From Holosporales bacterium (GTDB lineage Bacteria; Pseudomonadota; Alphaproteobacteria; RUG11792): DNA of 64,000 nucleotides. Where the stretch lies: contig JAIRNI010000013.1 in the NCBI GenBank assembly GCA_031258145.1, positions 3,774 to 67,773 of the forward strand, in the 5' to 3' direction. Below the pieces are notes generated by a model. The model did not search any database. It saw nothing but the letters and a program-made list of their open reading frames with translations, and had not been told where the DNA came from. The translations under genes and the position numbers were made by a program. This document shows, one piece after another, positions 57,480 through 64,000 of this stretch; positions within the stretch are counted from its first letter, which is position 1, and the number at the start of each line of letters is the position of its first letter.

Positions 57480-58976
57480 ATGATTTTGAATCCTAAGATC
57501 AAACAAATAGTAACGCATTTCGCGATTGCACTAGCATTGAATATTGGCCAGACCCAGGCGGAGTATCCTGCTCTTATGACATTCCTTGAATTTGCACAAA
57601 AAAGCGGGGATCCCGAAGCCTTTTACAAAAAACCCGATCTGGTACTTTCCGATGGATCTAGAGTCAGTACTAGCATGGCAACTTTGGCCCAAATGATACC
57701 CGCTGCAAAGGCACGACATGCACAATGGAATGATTCTCATTATGACCTAATCACGAGCTTCAGCCCCGAGATGACGGTAGGTTGCGGCGGAATATGGCTC
57801 GGCAAGAACTATTGGGGCCTGCCTATAGGGATTCTCCTAACGCAAGCTAACTTAAATAGTATAATAATAGACAACATTATATATTGCATGTGTGACTTCA
57901 CAGACTGGGAACAAGCCCGTAGAAAAGGATACTGGAACCATCACAAGTTACGAATAACCGTCCAATCTCTCACCGCACGCTTACTGAAAGGCATCGAGCT
58001 CACCAATCCCGAGTATTATGGATACATCCACGACATCCTGGTAAATGACTGCATAGCTTGGGTCGAAGATTCCCCCGTCCAAGCTTACGTCAGATACTGT
58101 CAGGAGTATCCAGCAGCCAAAGCAGCAGCTCTCAAAGCGGAAAGAGAAGCTGCTCTGAATTCCGGCCAAATGGACGTCATTCTTCTCAACGAGACAGGAT
58201 CCGGGGAGTGGTCGCCCAACCCAGACAAGCTCGAGACAGCAGGGATAGCCATCATAAACCGCTCATTAAGCAATTTCCAATCCGCTGAAACATACCCTGT
58301 CTTTTTGATCTCAATAATAAAAAAGTTGAGGGAAATAAACCCCGACCTGGAATTTTTAATAAGCGATAGTATAGCCAATTATCCTGGCGCCGACCACCCA
58401 GACAGGATTGATTCCAAATCGACCCCTCTTTCATCATTCATGGAGGGTCTAGCAAAGGAGTGGAAGGAGAACGAAATTAGAGGACCCCGGAGAATCTTTT
58501 TCCTATCGCCCAGTTCCTCAGCAAGTGGGGTTATCCCCCCGTTAACTGGAATCGGTGATTTAATGACAAGCCTCTTAGGACTGATACAATGTGGTGACAT
58601 CATCCTCGGTCGCGCTGAGCAAAGATGTTCTAGGGATCTAAACATGCTCATAGTACCTCAAGACTACGACGTGCCGTTTCAGCAACTCAGAGAAGAAATT
58701 GCCAACTCCGCGGGACTAAAGTCTGGCGTTCTCGGGAAACAAGTTACCATCTTCATTCCGCCAGGATACATACCGGATATTCCACCTCTCAGTGAGGGGA
58801 ACCCGGTACTTATCCCACGCGTGAAAGATGGACCCTCTGTACCCATTTCACCCAAGGACAAGCTATTCTCGGCGGTAGATCCTGTTTATCCTTCCATCCG
58901 TTGGGTAATACCTTCCAAAGGTGAGCCCATCATCGTTACCCTGCCTGATGCCACATGGAGGTCGCTCCTGGTATAG
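57480..58976 (+). CDS. Hypothetical secreted protein (498 aa)
   Basis: Signal-like MILNPKIKQIVTHFAIALALNIGQTQA. No family recognised. The stop codon directly abuts repeat B4. Confidence 0.7.
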   Translation: MILNPKIKQIVTHFAIALALNIGQTQAEYPALMTFLEFAQKSGDPEAFYKKPDLVLSDGSRVSTSMATLAQMIPAAKARHAQWNDSHYDLITSFSPEMTVGCGGIWLGKNYWGLPIGILLTQANLNSIIIDNIIYCMCDFTDWEQARRKGYWNHHKLRITVQSLTARLLKGIELTNPEYYGYIHDILVNDCIAWVEDSPVQAYVRYCQEYPAAKAAALKAEREAALNSGQMDVILLNETGSGEWSPNPDKLETAGIAIINRSLSNFQSAETYPVFLISIIKKLREINPDLEFLISDSIANYPGADHPDRIDSKSTPLSSFMEGLAKEWKENEIRGPRRIFFLSPSSSASGVIPPLTGIGDLMTSLLGLIQCGDIILGRAEQRCSRDLNMLIVPQDYDVPFQQLREEIANSAGLKSGVLGKQVTIFIPPGYIPDIPPLSEGNPVLIPRVKDGPSVPISPKDKLFSAVDPVYPSIRWVIPSKGEPIIVTLPDATWRSLLV

Positions 58977-59058
58977 CCAAATGTTTTAAAAATCCATCAG
59001 TGTCTATCCATTAGACCTCTCGCCCGTTTTTCGCTAAAAGTGAGTTGTGTTTTGTTAA
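58977..59058 (-). repeat. Dispersed repeat family B, copy B4 (3' half, inverted)
   Basis: ccaaatgttttaaaaatccatcagtgtctatccattagacctctcgcccgtttttcgctaaaagtgagttgtgttttgtt is the reverse complement of the last about 80 nt of B1. It is followed at 59083-59109 by an inverted copy of 17002-17028. Confidence 0.9.
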
Positions 59059-59160
59059 GGGGGACGTTAAAGAAACGAGTGAGAAGCGTAGCGGATACTT
59101 TTGATCAATATTTTGAATATATTTGGTTTGGCGCAATGTAAATCCTGGAAACGCAGAAAA

Positions 59161-59575
59161 AATATTCCTTGAAAATTAACGTATTATTAAGCTTTTTATG
59201 CTATTTTAAGTATACACCATCCCTAACCCCCACCCACCCGGGGATTCTCGCACACCCCGGTTAATAATACGTTAACGGACATTTATTCAAGGGCATCTGC
59301 CACCAATACTGATTCGGATGAGTTAGATCTAACGTAAAAATTGGCTCAGAAGCCGTCTTCGGCCAATTTTTCTTCGATATTAAATTTAATAACACTTAGG
59401 TGTTTATTGAATTGCATTAGACGGGGATTCTCGCACATCTCGGTTAATAATACATTAACGGACGATTACTCAAGGACATCTGCCACCAATACTGATTCGG
59501 ATGAGTTAGATCTAACGTAAAAATTGGTTCAGAAGCCGCCTTCGGCAAATTTTTCTTCGATATTAGACCTCTTTT
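59161..59575 (+). repeat. Repeat family C, locus 2 (80-nt leader + 1.8 tandem units of 183 nt)
   Basis: Units start at ggggattctcgcac 59240 and 59423. Each unit contains ccgggg..ccccgg, a terminator-like hairpin aaaattggctcagaaGCCGtcttCGGCcaattttt, and the palindrome aataaacac-N4-gtgtttatt. Confidence 0.9.
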
Positions 59576-59861
59576 CAAATCTAGATGAAGGAAACTAAAA
59601 AATGTAATACAATAAGGGAAGGGCAAGGTTTAACTACCAAGGTAACAAGGAGGAAGAAACAATAAATTATGTATAGAAGATCAATTGCTATAGAAGGAAT
59701 AGATATGGGCTAAGATTCAATCTAATTGCAGGAATCTATAACTTTGAGATCAATTTATGAGTTTCGAAAGAGGTCTAGTTTACCCGGAAATAGTCCCCAA
59801 CGGGTCGCCATATCCAGAGACACCAGCCACAGAGCACGATCCAGAATGATTGGTGTGACTT

Positions 59862-60539
59862 TCAGTGCGATTTATTGCTCTTCTTAGAAGTGTAACGAAT
59901 ATAACTCCCGAGCCTCTTAGGTTTCTTCTTTTTTTGCGGGGGATGGGCCTTTGGCGCTGAGGTCTTGGGCTCTTCTGAGGCTCCATAATACTTGGGGCCT
60001 ATCCCCAGGATCTCCTGAAAATACAGCTGTGCCCAGGTTCTGCCGAAGGGATCTTTTCTGTTCCGGCAATAGGAGTGAATATATCTGGATAATTTAAGAC
60101 TATCGGCAACGAGGCACTGGACTCTAACCATCGACGGTTTAGTATCGGCTATCCCCAGCATTTTGGCAACTCCGTATGAAAGGTCAATAATGCGCCCTCG
60201 GTAGCAATAGGGGCCTCTATCATCCACAATGACGATCACCGATTTGCCGGTGACCAAGCTCGTGACTCTAACGACCGATGGCAGCGGGAGTGTCCTGTGG
60301 GCAGCCGTCATTGCCATTTTGTTAAATGGGGCGCCGGTGGCTTTGGGTTTACCGTGACACTCCTGCCCATAATACGACGCGAGTCCCGTTTCATCGTATT
60401 CGTAATATTTCTGTGGGAAATACCATGATCCCCTCACGATGTATGGCTTGCATGAAACACACGTTGGCCCAGCGGGGGTTCTAATAGATGTACATCCCGT
60501 GAGCAGGATCGTGAGTGCCGCGGCTAGCCTATACAGCAT
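59862..60539 (-). CDS. rlpA: Septal ring lytic transglycosylase RlpA (DPBB domain lipoprotein)
   Basis: Lipobox LLTGC in MLYRLAAALTILLTGCTS (ATG 60539). DPBB core GLASYYGQECHGKPKATGAPFNKMAMTAAHRTLPLPSVVRVT..IVIVDDRGPY. Basic tail, no SPOR domain evident. Confidence 0.88.
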   Translation of the reverse strand: MLYRLAAALTILLTGCTSIRTPAGPTCVSCKPYIVRGSWYFPQKYYEYDETGLASYYGQECHGKPKATGAPFNKMAMTAAHRTLPLPSVVRVTSLVTGKSVIVIVDDRGPYCYRGRIIDLSYGVAKMLGIADTKPSMVRVQCLVADSLKLSRYIHSYCRNRKDPFGRTWAQLYFQEILGIGPKYYGASEEPKTSAPKAHPPQKKKKPKRLGSYIRYTSKKSNKSH

Positions 60540-61773
60540 CGTATAGTTTCTCAATATCCTTACCATCACCTATCACCGCCAACGTGGGCTTGGTCCTAAA
60601 TACTCTCTCGGTTATGGCGATTATACTCTCCTCGTTCACCGCATTTATTTTTTCTGTGATTTCGCCAGGAGGAAAGAATCTTCCTTGCAGGAGGAACTGA
60701 TGCGCCATTCTCTCCATCCTGTTCCCAGAACTCTCAAGACTCATAAGTAACGATGCGTTGATCTGGGTCTTCGCTTTGAGGATCTCCTCTTCTGTCAGAG
60801 TATGACGGATCTTCTCGAACTCATCCCTAATGATACTGATGACCTCTTTTGTTTTATCGTCCTCACACGCGGCGTAAATCCCGAAGTTTCCTGTGTCTCT
60901 GTAATTGGATGTGAATGAAAAGATTGAATAGACCAATCCCCTTTTCTCACGGACCTCCTGGAATAATCTCGAAGACATGCCAGCACCCAGGATGGTCGAC
61001 AGCACAAACAGGTCATATTTCGTTTGATCGTTTTGACTGACTCCTTCGTATCCCAGCACGACGTGTGTTTGCTCCAGCTGTTTTTTCTTAAATATAAAGC
61101 CACCCTGATATTTTTGCTTTGCGGGTGGGGGTACCTGAAATGCTGCCATGCCGCCAGTATACCGCTCGGATAAATTGACTATTTCATCGTGGTCTATACC
61201 ACCACTCGCACATAGGATCATCTTATCCGTGGAGTATTTTGATTTTAAATACCGATGGAGATCCTCCGGCGAATAAGATCTAATATCATCTTCGGTACCC
61301 AATATCGATTGCCCCAAACACTCGCCATCAAAACATTTCGCTTGAAACATCTCGAAGACGAGATCATCTGGGGTGTCGTTCATCTGTCTGATCTCTTGGA
61401 TGATGACCATCTTTTCTTTCTCGAATTCAGAAAGATCGAACTTAGAGTTTTGGATAATATCCGTCAGAATATCGATCGCGAGATCAACGTTCCCCTTCAA
61501 GATTTTAGCGTGAAACACGGTGATTTCTTTGCTGGTATACGCGTTCATGTGGCCCCCTACGGCTTCTATTGCCTCGGATATTTCGAGAGCCGTGCGGGTG
61601 GTGGTGCCCTTGAATGCCATATGTTCAAGGAAATGAGAGATCCCGATTTGGGAAGACGATTCGTTGACGGAGCCAATATTTACGAACAATCCAATTGAGG
61701 CCGTCTCGAAATTGGGAATACAATCAGTTGCGACCATCAGATCATTATTCAGTTTTGATGTTTTGATACTCAA
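60529..61773 (-). CDS. M16-family zinc peptidase (pitrilysin/MPP-like)
   Basis: Inverted zinc motif HFLEHMAFKGT, 414 aa, two-lobed M16 architecture. Confidence 0.9.
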   Translation of the reverse strand: MSIKTSKLNNDLMVATDCIPNFETASIGLFVNIGSVNESSSQIGISHFLEHMAFKGTTTRTALEISEAIEAVGGHMNAYTSKEITVFHAKILKGNVDLAIDILTDIIQNSKFDLSEFEKEKMVIIQEIRQMNDTPDDLVFEMFQAKCFDGECLGQSILGTEDDIRSYSPEDLHRYLKSKYSTDKMILCASGGIDHDEIVNLSERYTGGMAAFQVPPPAKQKYQGGFIFKKKQLEQTHVVLGYEGVSQNDQTKYDLFVLSTILGAGMSSRLFQEVREKRGLVYSIFSFTSNYRDTGNFGIYAACEDDKTKEVISIIRDEFEKIRHTLTEEEILKAKTQINASLLMSLESSGNRMERMAHQFLLQGRFFPPGEITEKINAVNEESIIAITERVFRTKPTLAVIGDGKDIEKLYDAV

Positions 61774-61794
61774 AGCTTCATCTCCATGAAAATT

Positions 61795-62889
61795 CTAAAC
61801 ATTGAACCTAAAATTCATGACGTCTCCGTCCTGGACGACGTATTCTTTCCCCTCTATCCGCAACATTCCATGCTGCTTCGCCTTATGCTCACCGCCGCAG
61901 GCAATGTAATCCCGCCAGGAGATGGTCTCGGCACATATGAATCCCCTCTCGAAATCTGAGTGGATGACCCCGGCGGCCTCTGGCGCTTTGGTTCCCTGTC
62001 TAATCGTCCAGGCTCTGGCTTCCTTTGGCCCCACCGTGAAATATGTTATCAGGCCAAGGAGGGCATATCCCCCCGTTATCACTCTGCTCAATCCCGTTGA
62101 ATCAAGACCTATACTGTTCAGAAACTCCAGTTTCTCCTCATCGGAATCTAGGAGAGCGATTTCGGCCTCTATCACGGCGGAGACCACCACGATGGGAGCA
62201 TCACCGACGTATGACTTCACCTGATCTATATACTCATTCCCCGCCGCCAAATCTTTTTCGGGGACATTACAGACATACATCACGGGCTTCGTCGTGATCA
62301 ATTGCAGTTGCTTAAGAATATTCTGCTGTTCGGCACGGATTTCGGCCTCGATGGCTGGGCGTCCATCCTTCAGGATATCATGGACCAATCTCAAAACTTC
62401 CAATATCTCATTCGATTGTTTATCCCCCGCCTTGGCCTTCTTCTCGAGATTCGGTATACGCTTTTCGACGCTCTCCAGATCCGCTAGAAGGAGTTCCGTT
62501 TCGATAATTTCAATATCCGATCTTGGATCCATTTTACCATCGACGTGGACCACAGCCTCATCATCGAAACATCTGACGACGTGAATAATCGCATCGGTAT
62601 CCCTAATATTGGCTAGGAATTTATTGCCGAGTCCCTCGCCTGAGCTGGCGCCCTTAACGATCCCAGCGATATCGATGAATTCTAGCTGAGTGGGCAGGAT
62701 CAATTTGGATTCAGCCGCCTTCGCCAGTGCGTTTAATCGATCATCAGGAACGGCGATTCTTCCAACATTCGGCTCGATCGTGCAGAACGGATAGTTCGCC
62801 GATTCCGCATCTGCCGTCGCGGTTAATGCATTGAACAGAGTGGACTTGCCGACATTCGGCAGCCCAACGATTCCACAATTGAATCCCAT
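61795..62889 (-). CDS. ychF: Ribosome-binding ATPase YchF
   Basis: MGFNCGIVGLPNVGKSTLFNAL, DIAGIVKGAS, C-terminal TGS-like GKEYVVQDGDVMNFRFNV. Confidence 0.96.
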   Translation of the reverse strand: MGFNCGIVGLPNVGKSTLFNALTATADAESANYPFCTIEPNVGRIAVPDDRLNALAKAAESKLILPTQLEFIDIAGIVKGASSGEGLGNKFLANIRDTDAIIHVVRCFDDEAVVHVDGKMDPRSDIEIIETELLLADLESVEKRIPNLEKKAKAGDKQSNEILEVLRLVHDILKDGRPAIEAEIRAEQQNILKQLQLITTKPVMYVCNVPEKDLAAGNEYIDQVKSYVGDAPIVVVSAVIEAEIALLDSDEEKLEFLNSIGLDSTGLSRVITGGYALLGLITYFTVGPKEARAWTIRQGTKAPEAAGVIHSDFERGFICAETISWRDYIACGGEHKAKQHGMLRIEGKEYVVQDGDVMNFRFNV

Positions 62890-62899
62890 ATATAATTAT

Positions 62900-63067
62900 C
62901 TACTTTATTTTATGTTCTTTGAAGATGACGTGTTTCCTGACCCTGGGATCGTATTTCTTTAACTCGAGTTTCTCCGGCATGGTTCTCGGATTCTTTTTCG
63001 TGACGTAGAAATAACCCGTATTGGCCGAACTCAATAATTTAATCGTGATGACTGGACCCTTAGCCAT
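62900..63067 (-). CDS. rpmG: 50S ribosomal protein L33
   Basis: Hand translation gives [55 protein letters not shown] (55 aa), a close match to the L33 consensus (..IKL.S.A.TG.FY.T.KN.R.MP.KLEL.KYDP..RKHV.FKE.KIK). It is too short for the ORF track. Confidence 0.92.
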   Translation of the reverse strand: MAKGPVITIKLLSSANTGYFYVTKKNPRTMPEKLELKKYDPRVRKHVIFKEHKIK

Positions 63068-63104
63068 AATCTAATACCCAAAAAAACTAAAACGAAGCCG
63101 AAGA

Positions 63105-63179
63105 TGGAGCGGGTGAAGGGATTCGAACCCTCGACCCCAACCTTGGCAAGGTTGTGCTCTACCCCTGAGCTACGCCCGC
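63105..63179 (-). tRNA. tRNA-Gly (anticodon GCC)
   Basis: The reverse complement is GCGGGCG-TA-GCTC-AGGGGTA-GAGC-A-CAACC-TTGCCAA-GGTTG-GGGTC-GAGGG-TTCGAAT-CCCTT-CACCCGC-T-CCA. The cloverleaf is good except for a C6:A67 mismatch in the acceptor stem. Confidence 0.88.
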
Positions 63180-63193
63180 AAATCACGATGTTC

Positions 63194-63223
63194 ATTGTAG
63201 CATATAGTCGGCCCCTCACGCAA
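63194..63223 (-). promoter_or_regulatory. Candidate sigma70 promoter for tRNA-Gly/rpmG (TTGCGT-18-TACAAT)
   Basis: On the minus strand, ttgcgt (63223-63218), 18-nt spacer, tacaat (63199-63194), 14 nt upstream of the mature tRNA 5' end. Confidence 0.4.
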
Positions 63224-63243
63224 CCTTCTTTTGGATTGTATAG

Positions 63244-63300
63244 CTAAATGTTTTGCAAATTCGACAGTAACTATCTATTGACCTCTCGCCAATTTTTTGC
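63244..63300 (-). repeat. Dispersed repeat family B, copy B6 (3' part, inverted)
   Basis: ctaaatgttttgcaaattcgacagtaactatctattgacctctcgcc is the reverse complement of ggcgagaggtc.a..gatag..act...g..tttgcaaaacattt. Confidence 0.75.
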
Positions 63301-63467
63301 TTTGTTTAGCATACCAGCCAAAATGGCTGCCAACTGGTTTGAGTATAATGAGTTTCTCGAGATTAAAATTCCAGTCACGAGCCCTGCTGAGTAGGCGATG
63401 GCATCATAACATTGCTACTGCCGGATGAGCCATGCTATCATAATTTAACATTGATCACTATCTTAAT

Positions 63468-64000
63468 GTGAATATTTTGCCGATTGGTGAACTTTTATCG
63501 GGAATTTGTGATTTAGTTTGGGGATGGCCTCTCATCGCCGTCATCATGTGTCTCGGCACGTATTTCGCCTTCACTTTAAAAATACTCAAATTCTCCTTCC
63601 TAAAAATGTCTCTAAAATCAATATTCGAGCGAGAGGACTGCCACGGCAATATCTCAGTCTTTGCATCACTATGCACGGCCTTGTCCGCCACATTGGGCAC
63701 CGGCAATATAGCAGGGATCTCGGTGGCGATAGCCATCGGTGGACCCGGTGCTCTCTTTTGGTTGTGGATTTCAGCTATCCTAAGTTTTGCGATTAAATAC
63801 GCTGAGGGTCTCCTTGCCATAAAATACAGGAAAATCGATGAGAATGGAGTGGCCTCGGGGGGCCCCATGTATTATATCGAGATAGGCCTCACAAAGACGG
63901 TATTCAACAAATATTTGGCGAGCGCGTTTGCATTGATCGGGGCGATTGTAACACTCCTCGGAACTGGTACCTTCGCCCAAAGTAACTCGATCGCCATGGC
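63468..64000 (+). CDS. Alanine/glycine:cation symporter (AGCS family), N-terminal part (continues past the right edge)
   Basis: Hand translation from GTG 63468 gives VNILPIGELLSGICDLVWGWPLIAVIMCLGTYFAFTLK...GNISVFASLCTALSATLGTGNIAGISVAIAIGGPGALFWLWISAILSFAIKYAEGLLAIKYR...GGPMYYIE. The GTGNIAG..AI..GGPGA.FWMW motifs are diagnostic. It is absent from the ORF track because there is no stop in the window. Confidence 0.85.
   Translation, partial: MNILPIGELLSGICDLVWGWPLIAVIMCLGTYFAFTLKILKFSFLKMSLKSIFEREDCHGNISVFASLCTALSATLGTGNIAGISVAIAIGGPGALFWLWISAILSFAIKYAEGLLAIKYRKIDENGVASGGPMYYIEIGLTKTVFNKYLASAFALIGAIVTLLGTGTFAQSNSIAM

Noticed and set aside
59240-59575. Possible CRISPR array in the repeat-rich 59.0-59.9 kb gap
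   Set aside because: The repeat unit is about 183 nt with no interspersed unique spacers of constant length, the same block is duplicated at 50.8 kb, and there are no cas genes in the window.

Overview
Annotated by eye, with no database searches. This 64 kb window looks like chromosomal DNA from an alphaproteobacterium. It is probably an obligate-intracellular, Rickettsiales/Holosporales-like lineage. That is an inference from a Tim44-like protein, a ChpT-like phosphotransferase, an NG-only FtsY, operons that are usually intact being split here, and very dense intergenic repeats. About 45 housekeeping genes are recognisable: recG, tsaC/sua5, ssb, dapB, pntB, mutS, rsmA, rplY, pth, ispE, trmB, hrcA, yajC-secD-secF, dnaK, ftsK, rpsA, ftsY, rlpA, ychF and others. 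There is also RNase P RNA, tRNA-Leu(CAG) and tRNA-Gly(GCC). Three genes are missing from the ORF track: rpmG (55 aa) and two edge-truncated transporters. Between the housekeeping genes sit lineage-specific genes for predicted secreted or membrane proteins, visibly more G+C-rich than their surroundings. At least four families of dispersed or tandem non-coding repeats are present. The best candidates for something new are: (1) a tightly coupled three-gene operon (552 aa + about 273 aa of no family I recognise + a signal-less SleB-type cell-wall hydrolase) in an accessory islet between mutS and rsmA; (2) a two-gene cassette (675 aa + 498 aa) bracketed by same-orientation copies of a dispersed repeat, where the 675-aa protein contains an internally duplicated domain I do not recognise; (3) a 1294-aa secreted coiled-coil protein with a 450-bp in-frame duplication; (4) a short motif (core TATACTCA) that recurs 3-14 nt after stop codons, plus an associated AT-rich palindrome. 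All functional interpretations of the unrecognised proteins and repeats are hypotheses.
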